From: a virus
Virus record (IMG/VR): IMGVR_UViG_3300042876_000344
Direction: 5' to 3' (one strand)
Length of the DNA: 64,000 nt
A program made the translations under genes and the position numbers. The notes beneath the pieces were generated by a model. It saw only the letters and a program-made list of their open reading frames with translations, did no database searches and was not told the DNA's origin. Positions 26,041-35,808 of this stretch are shown here, piece by piece (the first letter of the stretch is position 1; every line of letters starts with the position of its first letter).

Positions 26041-27318
26041 CTACTCGAAAACCACTGAGCCGTCCGGATTGAATCCCTTGATAATCGCCTCTTTGCCGTC
26101 TTTTGTTTTTGCTCGCTGCCCAGCCCTGAACACATGCCCTGAAGAGCTCTTGAATTCAGGGAGCAGCTTCTGCCCGGCTGCTGGCTTCGGCGGCGCAGGC
26201 GGCTTAGGAGGCGCTTGGCCGACTCCCTGTAATACCGGGGCGCGCTCCTGCGTAATGCTCCCTCCCAGGTTCACGATCTCCTGGAGATAGGACTCCTGGA
26301 TCTGCTCCTTCTTTTTGTTGAGCCGGTCCTGGATTTCCTTCTTTGCCGGCTCCAGCAGGGTGTAGTCGATGGCAATTTTCCCGTCAGGGCCCTTTTTCTG
26401 GTAGGGGTTGGTAAGCCCTGCGGTCAACTCTGCTGTCTCCTTTGCGGCCTCTTCTTCTGCCGCCGCCAGTCGGCTCGCCTTGACCCGCTCCGCCATCTGG
26501 AATTGGCCGGGCTTCCCTCTCTCGTCGCCGCTTCCGGCTCCACCAACCTTCGGAGGCCGGATTACATTCTTGCCCGCGATGTAATTGATCCGGTCTGGCC
26601 CCTTCAGCCCCATCTGGTTAGCTTCTTTCATCCGGCGAGCCGTGGCGGCTTCGTCCATCTCTTCCCTCGTGGGAGCCATCGGCTTCATCGGCCCACCCTC
26701 GCCGATCACCCTCCCAGTCAGAGGGTCAATCGCCCGGGCGCCTGGTGACAGGACTGTCGGCGCGGGCTGTTTCGGGTGACGCATCTCATAGTCAATCTGC
26801 GCCTGCTTGCGGTCCTCCGTCTCTCCCTGCCTCGCCCACAATCCGCCCTGCGCCTCGGCCTGCGCCTGCCGCCGCTGCTGCTCTGCCTGGTTCGCGGCGA
26901 TCTTCGCGCGGGCTTCCGCAGCACCGACGTCCTGCCCGTACTCATTCATTTGCCGGGTGTACTTCGGATGAATTACCGCCGGATTCAGGAACATCTCCCC
27001 GACAGTCTGCAGTGCGCCCTTCCAGCCCTTCGCGGGTTGGAGTTGCGGGCGATTCGCGATGGTCTGCTTCAGTTCCTCGTCGGCATTCATGGCGGCGCGC
27101 GTACTCTCGCGAGCATCGTCTGCCGTGCGCCATGCCGGCATCTGCGGGCTGGCTGACTGCGCCGGCATCTGCGGGGGAGCCTCGACCGGCGGCGGCTCCT
27201 GGGCGAGACGCGGAGGCGGCGGAGGGATGTACTTCAGCTTCCGAGGGTCGAGCGGGTCGAGGGCCTCATCGTACTTCGGCTTGTTCGGGTCATTGAGATA
27301 TTCCAAGGGATCGTACAT
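26041..27318 (-). CDS. putative internal virion protein (Pro/Gln/Lys-rich, coiled)
   Basis: Track ORF. Position between tail genes and the giant protein. Low-complexity helical composition. Confidence 0.55.
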   Translation of the reverse strand: MYDPLEYLNDPNKPKYDEALDPLDPRKLKYIPPPPPRLAQEPPPVEAPPQMPAQSASPQMPAWRTADDARESTRAAMNADEELKQTIANRPQLQPAKGWKGALQTVGEMFLNPAVIHPKYTRQMNEYGQDVGAAEARAKIAANQAEQQRRQAQAEAQGGLWARQGETEDRKQAQIDYEMRHPKQPAPTVLSPGARAIDPLTGRVIGEGGPMKPMAPTREEMDEAATARRMKEANQMGLKGPDRINYIAGKNVIRPPKVGGAGSGDERGKPGQFQMAERVKASRLAAAEEEAAKETAELTAGLTNPYQKKGPDGKIAIDYTLLEPAKKEIQDRLNKKKEQIQESYLQEIVNLGGSITQERAPVLQGVGQAPPKPPAPPKPAAGQKLLPEFKSSSGHVFRAGQRAKTKDGKEAIIKGFNPDGSVVFE

Positions 27319-27320
27319 CG

Positions 27321-29075
27321 TTACCCCCCAAATGCTTTTTTCGTGGCGGCGCTGGCAACTCCGCCTACAACGCCCTTGAGGACGCTACCCCAGCCACTCG
27401 CATCCTTCGCCGTCTGGTAGTTCTGGTTGTTCCGGGTCGCGGTGTTCGCCGCCCCCGTCATCGTGCCGTAGTTCTCGATCCGCTGGGCGTTGGCGGTGTT
27501 CACGTTATTGCTGGCTTGGGACTGCTGGCCGGTGAGGAATCCGCGGCCCTCAGCCTCTTCCGCTTTCTTCTGGTTCGCTACCGTCGTCGCGTTCGCCGTC
27601 GACCGATCCGCAACGCCAAATCCCTGGTTGGCCTTCTGCTGCTGGGCGAACTGGGTCGCCCCCTGGCGGTTCGTGGCCACCGTGCCGGCGCGCTGCGTCC
27701 CGGCTGCGTCAATCTGCTGCTGCAGGGCGATGCCGGTATTCTGGTTCGCCTGGTTCGCCGCCTGCTTCCGCGCCGCCAGTTCCAGTTCGGTCGAAACCCC
27801 CACGTCCTGCTTGTTCTTCTCAGCCGCCAGCCGCTGCGCCGCGATGTTTTTCTCGGCATCCGAGAGATATCCCGTGAGGGATTGTTCCGCCCCGAGGCGG
27901 GTTTTCTCGGAACTCAGCGCAGAATTCACGCCGAGGTCGGCAAGCGAGAGTTCCGCGTTGCTGCGGAGGCCGGCGTAGTTGTTGGCGCCCTGCATCCGGA
28001 GCCCTTCGGCGTCCATTAGGGTTTTCCGCTGCGCGGCGTCGGCGCCCACTTCGGCATTCGCCCGGGCGTCGGCACTGTCCACCGCGGATTGCTGATCGAG
28101 GCGCGCGCGAGCTGCGGCAACGGCCAGGGGTGAGGCGTTCCCGGAGGCAGCCGCGCGCATCTGGAGGTCCTGTTGCGCCGCCCGGTACTGGTTTCCGACC
28201 TGGCGCTGGCTCTTGTTGATGATGGCCTCGCGCTGCGCGTCCGTCATCCGCATGCCCGTGGTGTCGGCATGCAGGTCGTTGTAGTTGATGGCGTCCCGAA
28301 CGTTCGTGCCGGCCGTCCCCACGGTGCGATTCACACCAGCCGCAACGCCCCTGTCCATCTTCAGGGCTGTCGGGTCGATGGCCCCGCGCTGGGATGCGGC
28401 AACTTCGCCGGTCATGTTCTGGAGCGCATCATTGCCGGCGTCCCGCTCTGCGCGGACGTATCTGCCTGCGTCGTTCTCGATTTGGTCGGTGGTGGAGGGG
28501 TCGTAATAGGCACGGGCCTTCTCGGGGTCGCCGAGCATCGCCGCCTGTTCGTCGCCGGTCAGTTGCAGTTCTTGCGCCTGCTCCGGGGTATATTCCAGAC
28601 CCTTCAGCCGCTCGTCATTGAGGATTCGCTTGGTGGTGTCGGCGTCGTATCCGCCCTGCCCGGAAAGGATCGGGTTGTACTGGTCGATGGCCTTCTTCTG
28701 GAAATACCCTTCGTCGAGCCCTGCCTGGTTCGCCCGGTTCTGCAAACTGCCGGCAATGGCGCCGCCCTCGGCATAGGCCATCTGCCGGTCCTGGAGCGCC
28801 ATCCCGCCGGGGTCCTTGTCGCTCACCGCCGCCGGGTTGTAGGTGCTGGTTGCCGGCGCGCCGCTGCGCGAGTAGTCGCCGAGAACATTCGGGCCACCGT
28901 AGGATTCGTCTCCGCCCGTGCTGTAGATGACGCCGGGGGGAGGACCCCCAGGTGTAGTGGGGCGGTTGACATCGGCAGTTTCCCCCATGCCGCCATAGGC
29001 CGCCAGATCCTGGGGGCTCAGTAGTCTATCCGTAGCCGTCGACCCGAAGCGTTTTTTGGAGTCGGTGAATGTCAT
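27321..29075 (-). CDS. putative internal virion protein (Ala/Gln/Asn-rich helical)
   Basis: Track ORF, assigned on position and composition. Confidence 0.55.
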   Translation of the reverse strand: MTFTDSKKRFGSTATDRLLSPQDLAAYGGMGETADVNRPTTPGGPPPGVIYSTGGDESYGGPNVLGDYSRSGAPATSTYNPAAVSDKDPGGMALQDRQMAYAEGGAIAGSLQNRANQAGLDEGYFQKKAIDQYNPILSGQGGYDADTTKRILNDERLKGLEYTPEQAQELQLTGDEQAAMLGDPEKARAYYDPSTTDQIENDAGRYVRAERDAGNDALQNMTGEVAASQRGAIDPTALKMDRGVAAGVNRTVGTAGTNVRDAINYNDLHADTTGMRMTDAQREAIINKSQRQVGNQYRAAQQDLQMRAAASGNASPLAVAAARARLDQQSAVDSADARANAEVGADAAQRKTLMDAEGLRMQGANNYAGLRSNAELSLADLGVNSALSSEKTRLGAEQSLTGYLSDAEKNIAAQRLAAEKNKQDVGVSTELELAARKQAANQANQNTGIALQQQIDAAGTQRAGTVATNRQGATQFAQQQKANQGFGVADRSTANATTVANQKKAEEAEGRGFLTGQQSQASNNVNTANAQRIENYGTMTGAANTATRNNQNYQTAKDASGWGSVLKGVVGGVASAATKKAFGG

Positions 29076-29084
29076 GATGCCTCC

Positions 29085-30050
29085 TTAGACTGGCGGGCTG
29101 GTGATGCCCATCGGGATGGTGTGCGTGTGGTTGTCGGCGCCGCCGGGATCTGTCGTCGTGCTGGACCCTGCGTAATAGTGGGCGTGGTTCCCGGTGGAGA
29201 AATAGGCAGCCACCAGCGCGGCCAGCGAGGCGACAGACATGGAAGCGAGGGTGGAACCGTTCCAGTAGAGCACCAGCCCAGAAGTGAGGCCCGTTCCGGC
29301 CACATCCGCCGCCGCGCCCAGGTCGATTTTCGCGGTTTTGAGTTTCTTCGACGCGTCGAGTTTCAGGGGCATCGACGCGGACAAACCAGACGCGGAGAAC
29401 TGGGCGTTCCCGGACTCCAGGACAACCGCCTCGCCGGGGCCGCTGTAAACCTCCAGCCGCCCTGGCGTGGCGCGGGTGTATTTCCCCGTCGCCGGGTCGT
29501 AAACCGTGATGCGCCCGCTGCCTGAGCCGTTCGCCACTTCGGCGATGACGCTGGCCTCGGCATCGTTCCACACATACAGGCCGCTGTCACCCATCGCCGC
29601 CTTGAACCCGCTGACGTCGTTCTTGACCTGGATGCCCATTGTCCCATTGGGGTCGATGTAGTTCCCGAGGGTGGTGGTGGCGCCATCCTTCTGGACGATG
29701 ATGATAGCGTTCCGGATGTTCAGCGTACCGGTATTGTCGACGAAGAGGTTCGCGGTGTCAGGGCCAGTACCGCCGATGTAGACCTGCGCGAAAAACGCGC
29801 CGATGTATTTGTCCTGCGCCCCGATCCAGGCGATGAGGTTACCGTCCTGGTCGGTGACGACAATCGGGTCCTGCGCCTCTGGCGTGGACTGCAGGGTTTT
29901 GTAGATGCGCTCGAAATGCTGCTGGACGAGAGAAAGAGCCTGCGCCGTCTCGGGGCTTACCCTTCTGAATGCGTCTGCGAGTTGTAGGAGCGATGGGGGT
30001 GTCTTCTCATCTTTTGAAAGAAGGGGCTTTATGATGCCCGACTGAATCAC
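29085..30050 (-). CDS. tail/fibre-associated structural protein
   Basis: Track ORF. Beta-rich, no signal peptide, follows the 638-aa tail protein. Confidence 0.5.
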   Translation of the reverse strand: MIQSGIIKPLLSKDEKTPPSLLQLADAFRRVSPETAQALSLVQQHFERIYKTLQSTPEAQDPIVVTDQDGNLIAWIGAQDKYIGAFFAQVYIGGTGPDTANLFVDNTGTLNIRNAIIIVQKDGATTTLGNYIDPNGTMGIQVKNDVSGFKAAMGDSGLYVWNDAEASVIAEVANGSGSGRITVYDPATGKYTRATPGRLEVYSGPGEAVVLESGNAQFSASGLSASMPLKLDASKKLKTAKIDLGAAADVAGTGLTSGLVLYWNGSTLASMSVASLAALVAAYFSTGNHAHYYAGSSTTTDPGGADNHTHTIPMGITSPPV

Positions 30051-30053
30051 AAT

Positions 30054-31970
30054 CTACCTCCGGGTCAGATGTGCGCTGTAGTAAACGCGAACTGCTGACA
30101 AGAGGAAATAGCCATTCAGCTCTTCCACTCTGATGCGGAGCGATTCCTGCTCCGAGCTCAAAAACCATTGTCGCAGAGGTTCCTTCCCAGGGGAAGACTC
30201 CAATGCGATTGGCAAAGCAGAAACTTGCTTTACCCGTCCCATCCCGTAGGCTGTCAAATACAGAGATCCCGCCCCCTTCACCCGGAAGTGGGCGCCGTGG
30301 AACTGTCTCACCTGCCCCGGCGTCGTCTTCGGCGGGAGGAGTGAGGTTTCAAACTGTGACCGGATAGCCAGGCCGTCGTCGTTGTACGGCTGCGCGTCTT
30401 GCGCGTTCTTCTGGCGGTAGATCTTCGTGCCGCTGGCCTCCCAGACCTCCTGCAGGCTGGTCGTCGGGTTCGTGCCGATGCAGCCGGCACCGATGGCCCG
30501 GCCGTCGTACCAGGAGTCAGGAGAGAACGCGATCTCTTCGGGGGAGGTGCCGTTCGTGTAGTCGAACGTGAACCGGTAGTTCGCCTGGGTCGCGCCGTCG
30601 AGCGGCACCCACACGCGGACTTTCTGGTTTTTCGCGTCGTCCACCACTACGATTTCAGCGGCCGCGTTCCAGTTGATGCGCGCCCACCAGTCTGCTACAT
30701 AATAGCTGACCGGCTTGTCCGGATACGCTCCGCCCTGGAACAGGTAGAGCCCGCCCGTGTGCGCCACCCAGGCGTAACCCTGCGAGGGATTCGCGGACAC
30801 GCACCGCGGCGCCAGAACGCCGATCCGGCCGTCTACCAGTTGCATCGTCGGCCACTGAACCGGAACCAGCCCGTTGTCGGAGGTGTAGTAGGTCCAGTTC
30901 GGGCCCAGGATATAGAGCCCGTTCGGCATCATGAACGCCGTGACCATCCGCCGGAATCCGGGCAGGGAAAGAACATGCTGATCGGCGGTGATGTGCTGCG
31001 GCTTCTCCGGCTCGCTCACCCACATTTGGGAGAGGCCGTTGAGTTCCGCGATGTACCCGATCCGGTTACCGATTTCCACCACCACGCTGGGATTGAAGGG
31101 GCCATTGCCCGTGATGTCCTGGCTGAACAGAGAGAGGTTCTCTGTGACATCCGTACCCGTGGCCTCCAGGTCTGCGTCGGAGATATCAGCCAACGCGCCC
31201 ACCACAAACGAGGACCCGCCGGGGACGGCCGCGCCCAGGCTGGGGACCAAATACCATCGGTTCAGATTCTTGGTGGTGGTGATGACTGGGTAAACCTTCG
31301 TCACCTCAACCGGCCAGGTTGTCGTCGGCGCAATCGAGAACACGAGTTGCTTGTCGCCGGCGGCGGTAAAATCGACAATCCCTGAGATTGTGCCCTGATA
31401 CCCGGTCCTGGTTTCGGCGATGAAGCCAAGCCGGTGGAGCCCCGCCGTGATGTTCCCCGTGGAGAGTTCGGACGGCGTGATTGTCGCCGCCACACGCCCC
31501 AGGAATGCGCGGTCCACCTCCAGCGCCGAGCCGTTGACGTTCACGATGCGGCAGGGGCCAGCGCCGCGGCCGCTGGAATTCTGACAGGCGATATAAACCC
31601 GGTTGCCGCCAGACACGATGCTGGCCGACACCATGGCCGCCTGAGTGAACAGCGTATACGGCTCAACCCCGCTGGGCGAGCCGATGCTGAAATAGCATTT
31701 CGCCACTCCGGCAGCGTTCACGTAGAACAGGTAATTGCCCGCGAGGCTGACAGCATCGGGGGTTTTCACCCAATTGAAGAGGCTCCGTACGGCCTCGTTA
31801 GGGTTCAGCAGTTGACCGAATCCGAAACGAGTCCGTACGGCTCCCGGCTGGTATTCCACATTCTCGGCAAACCGGCTCCCCTCCATCGGCACGTCGGACT
31901 CCTCCATGGCTGTCCAGGGCCCACGGAAAGTCGTGATGTCGACGTAAGGGTAGCCGGAGATCAGCGACAT
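30054..31970 (-). CDS. large tail structural protein (tail tube B / hub-like by position)
   Basis: 638 aa, in the position of podovirus tail tubular B / gp10-like proteins. Not motif-verified. Confidence 0.5.
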   Translation of the reverse strand: MSLISGYPYVDITTFRGPWTAMEESDVPMEGSRFAENVEYQPGAVRTRFGFGQLLNPNEAVRSLFNWVKTPDAVSLAGNYLFYVNAAGVAKCYFSIGSPSGVEPYTLFTQAAMVSASIVSGGNRVYIACQNSSGRGAGPCRIVNVNGSALEVDRAFLGRVAATITPSELSTGNITAGLHRLGFIAETRTGYQGTISGIVDFTAAGDKQLVFSIAPTTTWPVEVTKVYPVITTTKNLNRWYLVPSLGAAVPGGSSFVVGALADISDADLEATGTDVTENLSLFSQDITGNGPFNPSVVVEIGNRIGYIAELNGLSQMWVSEPEKPQHITADQHVLSLPGFRRMVTAFMMPNGLYILGPNWTYYTSDNGLVPVQWPTMQLVDGRIGVLAPRCVSANPSQGYAWVAHTGGLYLFQGGAYPDKPVSYYVADWWARINWNAAAEIVVVDDAKNQKVRVWVPLDGATQANYRFTFDYTNGTSPEEIAFSPDSWYDGRAIGAGCIGTNPTTSLQEVWEASGTKIYRQKNAQDAQPYNDDGLAIRSQFETSLLPPKTTPGQVRQFHGAHFRVKGAGSLYLTAYGMGRVKQVSALPIALESSPGKEPLRQWFLSSEQESLRIRVEELNGYFLLSAVRVYYSAHLTRR

Positions 31971-31975
31971 GACGC

Positions 31976-32500
31976 CTAGCTGACGACCTCAAACGGAATT
32001 TCGATAGTGCCGTTCAGGGCGGCGGAGGCGTGGATGTTCGTGATTTCGATATCCACAGTGCCGGCACCGGGGATCACCTTCGTGACGTAGGGGATGCCCG
32101 TCGTGGCCGCGCCAACGCCGGCCGCTCGCCGCGCGTTACAGACCACCACGGATGCCGCGGTGATTTTGGTATTGGTCAGGGTGACCGTGTGCGTTCCGGC
32201 CGCGGCCGTGGTCAGCGCGGCAGAGGTCAAGAGCCCCGTCTTCTTCGACAGGGTGGCCGTGCCGGTGGCGCCGGTCCCCGTGATGGCAGCCGTGCCGCTG
32301 TCACGCGGGCCGAGTTCGACCTGGTTGGATGCGTTGACAGTGATGCCGGCGATTGTTGCCGTGCCTGCCGCGTTGTCCCAGATGAGGGAGCGATTGTTCG
32401 GGAAAGCGTAGTCAATGCCATCGCCGGCCGTCGACGGAACCCCGCCCTTGCCAGCGAACAACGCCCTCCAAGCTGCTTCGAGATTGAAAAAACCAGCCAT
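31976..32500 (-). CDS. virion structural protein (Thr/Ala/Gly-rich beta)
   Basis: Track ORF in the head-tail module. Confidence 0.5.
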   Translation of the reverse strand: MAGFFNLEAAWRALFAGKGGVPSTAGDGIDYAFPNNRSLIWDNAAGTATIAGITVNASNQVELGPRDSGTAAITGTGATGTATLSKKTGLLTSAALTTAAAGTHTVTLTNTKITAASVVVCNARRAAGVGAATTGIPYVTKVIPGAGTVDIEITNIHASAALNGTIEIPFEVVS

Positions 32501-32501
32501 G

Positions 32502-33191
32502 TTAGTAGATCATCCTTTCCATCAGACGGCGCGACCGGAATCTGCCGGGTCGCTTCGGCCTTTTCTGTTTTTCCAGGAGCATGGGATGGATTAGGCCACG
32601 AAGAAGCCCACCTGACCCATCTGCCTCCATATTCGGCCCCAACGCTTCGCGCTTCAGCCGATCAGCCTCACCCGGCCCCATGTTGCGGCCAGCCAGCCAC
32701 GAGGCTGTCCGCGTTGCCAGAAAACTCAAACTGTTGTCGATGCCAACGGGTCCGGACGTAGGGCAGGACCCGCTGGCGATGTAATCGACCTTCAGGTAAC
32801 GGATGCTGGTCGAGGGCACGAACAGGAGAGTGTCTCCCTCGTAAGCCCACAGGCCGAGGACGGAGCGCGGGGTCGGGTCGGGCAGGAAATCCACTGGGCG
32901 CATGTGCGCCCATGGTTCAGCCGAGGAGCCTCGCTCCCAGAGATTCTCGGGCTCTCCCCAGTCTGAAACTCCCATCGTTGCCGGGGTGAGCGATGACGTG
33001 TTCGCCGGCAGCGTGTAATACACCGTCCGGTTGACCTTCTGCAGGTCCCACTGCATCATGAGGTCCCAGAATTCCCGATACGCCAACCCGATAAACGGTC
33101 GCTGGGTGGCCGCGTCGAATACCTCCAGCAGAGGGTCGCCGAGGAGTTGGCCCACCAGGTCGTTGATTTCGGCAATCGTCGTATCGGCCAT
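32502..33191 (-). CDS. head-tail connector-region protein
   Basis: ATG 33191 (MADTTIAEINDLVGQ) lies 2 nt after the upstream stop. The first 81 codons of track ORF 32502..33434 overlap the upstream gene and are shadow-like. Confidence 0.55.
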   Translation of the reverse strand: MADTTIAEINDLVGQLLGDPLLEVFDAATQRPFIGLAYREFWDLMMQWDLQKVNRTVYYTLPANTSSLTPATMGVSDWGEPENLWERGSSAEPWAHMRPVDFLPDPTPRSVLGLWAYEGDTLLFVPSTSIRYLKVDYIASGSCPTSGPVGIDNSLSFLATRTASWLAGRNMGPGEADRLKREALGPNMEADGSGGLLRGLIHPMLLEKQKRPKRPGRFRSRRLMERMIY

Positions 33192-33193
33192 GG

Positions 33194-33922
33194 TTAACCT
33201 TTCTTCGGGGGAGGCGGCGGGGGCGAAGAGAACAAGTCTCCGACCGGCAGGCCCTTCTCCCGCTTCGCCTTGTTCAGCATCTCCTGCAGTTCCGCCTTCT
33301 GGAGGTGGATCTGGACCCAACGGCTGTAGTCCATGACGTTCTCGCAGTAGGGGCAGGACAGCACGGAACTTTCGACCAGCCGACCGCACATTGAGCAGGG
33401 AACCATTTTCAGGTCCTGCGGCGGCCGCATCCACTCGTAGTTGGTGTCACCCAGCCAAGTGGCGGCGCCGCGGTGCAGGTCGGACACGTCCAACTTCTGC
33501 CCGGCCGCCCAGAGGTCCTGAGCCTCCAGCACCAGCACCCGGGCCCAGCGCGCCTGCCGGGCCTCAGCCGCGGCCAGTTCGGCGCTGGTCGGTTCCGGTC
33601 CCTCGCAGATAAACACGCCAGGCGAGCCAACCTCAGAGTGCAGATGGTTCGTCGTGAACGACTCGACAATGGACTGCGCCCACTCCAACGAGGAGTACGG
33701 CACGTCCATGCTGTTGTCGGCGCTCATGTGCGTGTTCTGGAAGAACGGCGGGACGCGCACCACGCAGTATTCGCCGCGCTTCTGCGCCGGGAATCTGATC
33801 GTGGTACGCCAGCCCCCCTGCCCGATTTGGGGCTTGTAGGGCTGCGTGTTCTCCAGGTCCATGAAATGGATGGAGCACACCGTCGTGAACATGGAAGAGA
33901 TGTCGGGGATGGTAGATGTCAT
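33194..33922 (-). CDS. hypothetical head-module protein with CxxC..CxxC near C-terminus
   Basis: Track ORF. VPCSMCGRLVESSVLSCPYCENV. Confidence 0.5.
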   Translation of the reverse strand: MTSTIPDISSMFTTVCSIHFMDLENTQPYKPQIGQGGWRTTIRFPAQKRGEYCVVRVPPFFQNTHMSADNSMDVPYSSLEWAQSIVESFTTNHLHSEVGSPGVFICEGPEPTSAELAAAEARQARWARVLVLEAQDLWAAGQKLDVSDLHRGAATWLGDTNYEWMRPPQDLKMVPCSMCGRLVESSVLSCPYCENVMDYSRWVQIHLQKAELQEMLNKAKREKGLPVGDLFSSPPPPPPKKG

Positions 33923-34452
33923 TGAGTCTTTCCGGGGTAACTGATGTGGCCCTTCGAGCCAGGTACAGTGTTAGTCCATCGGTCGTTCACCAAGTCCTCA
34001 GCCTTGGCGTCGAAATCTCGCTCTTTCTTGTCGCGCGCGACGGAGATTTTCTCCGTCAATTGGGCAAGTGTCTGGGCGTCCGTCTCCCGAATCTGGTTAA
34101 TCACCCAGTAGGTGAGCTCATCCGTGGGGAGTTTCCCCTCAAAAAGGAGGACGTCGGTTGCCCGGTATCGGCCATTTGCCGGGTACGGGATCAGCTTCCC
34201 GATCTGCGCCTGCCACTCTGACAGCGGGGGTGGCTTGAGCCACTGGGCCAACGTCCAGACGTTCCCATCAACTTGGTTCGCCCTGATCGTGGGGCCCAGT
34301 GGATCCGGTTTCACGAACACGGACAGGTCAGGACCCCAGATCCATTTGAATCGCTGGTCGCCCGATGGGGACGTGCCCAGCGCGTCTCTGAGTCTTTGGT
34401 TGCAGCGGGCCACTACTGCCGCAACGATGGGGTCCTGCCGTGTCTCAATCAT
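33919..34452 (-). CDS. hypothetical head-module protein
   Basis: AAGGA SD before ATG 34452. Track ORF. Confidence 0.55.
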   Translation of the reverse strand: MIETRQDPIVAAVVARCNQRLRDALGTSPSGDQRFKWIWGPDLSVFVKPDPLGPTIRANQVDGNVWTLAQWLKPPPLSEWQAQIGKLIPYPANGRYRATDVLLFEGKLPTDELTYWVINQIRETDAQTLAQLTEKISVARDKKERDFDAKAEDLVNDRWTNTVPGSKGHISYPGKTQ

Positions 34453-34485
34453 GCAAGTCCTTTGTTTTCAGTCAAAAAATAACCG

Positions 34486-35805
34486 TTAGTACCCAGCAGG
34501 AATGCTCAGCCCGGTGATGAAGCCTTCCCATCCCAGGTCGACGTTGTAGAAGTTCTCGACAACGTACAGGAACATGGACCAGGAAGCCGTCACACCGCCG
34601 CTGGAGTTGCGACCTTCGAAGAAATACGTCCCGTTGCCGGGGTTCTTCCACCAGTCGAGCTCCTGCGCGTACACGCGGCCCCAATTCTTCAGAGCCAGCC
34701 AGTCGATTTTCGATTTCGACTGATGCACGTCGATCTTGTGTTTGATGCCCCACAGCGTCACTTCGTCCGCAGTGGAGGGCATCAGATCGACGAGGCCCTG
34801 GGCAGCGCCGGGGGTCCGATCCTGCTTCATGATGGCCATGTTGAGCTTCTTCATCTGGCCGACCTGCGCATCATGCACGATGCCGGTCAGATCCGTCGGC
34901 AGGGAACCGCGGCGCTGGCGGATGCGCGACTTCAGGATGTCGCCCATCTCCGGCACGAGGTAGCCGCTCTGCGCGTCGTACCAGTTCGGCCGGATCTCGG
35001 CGTAGTTGGCGAGCGACAGGCCCAGCAGGTTGCCAGAAACGGCGGTGGAGTGGAAATACCGCAGGGTATTCATCCAGGCCGGCGCGGTGAACACGCTGGT
35101 GGAGCTGCCACTGGTCACGCCGGGGAAGGCGAGGTAGTCAGTGGCGGCGGGCGAAACCGAGCCCAGGTTGGTGATGTGGGCGGTGCCGGCCTGCTTGTTG
35201 ATGTTGTCGATGTACGGCATCGTGTCACCAACCGCGAGGCCGTAGGTCTTCCAGGTAGCCAGCGTGGAGTCGAAGATCTCGACCGGCTGGCCGACCTGCA
35301 GGTGATTGGCGCCGAACTCCGTATCGAAGGTGAACGTGCCACCGGAGTAGCCCGTCGCCTTCGCTACCAAGCCCTGAGCGCCGCCCTGGTTCAGGAAGGA
35401 CGTGTTGCAGTACCGGAGCATGTTCGGCATCGCCTTGGCCGTGTTGCGCTTCAGGACGTTCACCCGGCTCTGCTCGCTGGTCTGCGTGGCCAGGATGCTG
35501 TCCTGATCCATCGACACGGCGAGACGAACAGGGTAGTAGCCCTGGTACTGCTGCTTCATTTTGAAGCCCTGGCCCTGACCGAGAGCGCCGTTGGCCAGGT
35601 TGAAGCCGGCGAAGTTGCCCGTGGGCTGGATCTCCAGCGGGATGCGGAAGTCCTTGCCGTCTTCGGTTTTGGAGATCTTGGTGGCGTCGGTCTGCTTCTT
35701 CAGCAGATTGTAGGTGGTGCCGCCATTCTCGTAGAGTTCGCGCAGTTCCTTGCGCACGACCTGCAGATTTGCCTCGTAGACGTCTGCAATTGCTTGAACC
35801 GACAT
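34486..35805 (-). CDS. major capsid protein (by position and size)
   Basis: 439 aa directly after the scaffold-like gene in portal-scaffold-coat order. Not motif-verified. Confidence 0.7.
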   Translation of the reverse strand: MSVQAIADVYEANLQVVRKELRELYENGGTTYNLLKKQTDATKISKTEDGKDFRIPLEIQPTGNFAGFNLANGALGQGQGFKMKQQYQGYYPVRLAVSMDQDSILATQTSEQSRVNVLKRNTAKAMPNMLRYCNTSFLNQGGAQGLVAKATGYSGGTFTFDTEFGANHLQVGQPVEIFDSTLATWKTYGLAVGDTMPYIDNINKQAGTAHITNLGSVSPAATDYLAFPGVTSGSSTSVFTAPAWMNTLRYFHSTAVSGNLLGLSLANYAEIRPNWYDAQSGYLVPEMGDILKSRIRQRRGSLPTDLTGIVHDAQVGQMKKLNMAIMKQDRTPGAAQGLVDLMPSTADEVTLWGIKHKIDVHQSKSKIDWLALKNWGRVYAQELDWWKNPGNGTYFFEGRNSSGGVTASWSMFLYVVENFYNVDLGWEGFITGLSIPAGY

Positions 35806-35808
35806 TTT

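Noticed and set aside
27321-29075. Tape measure protein and a siphovirus/myovirus tail module
   Set aside because: No tail tube, sheath, or chaperone-with-frameshift genes are present, and the neighbouring order matches podovirus internal proteins. The 584-aa helical protein is therefore called an internal virion protein, not a tape measure. This rests on position only.
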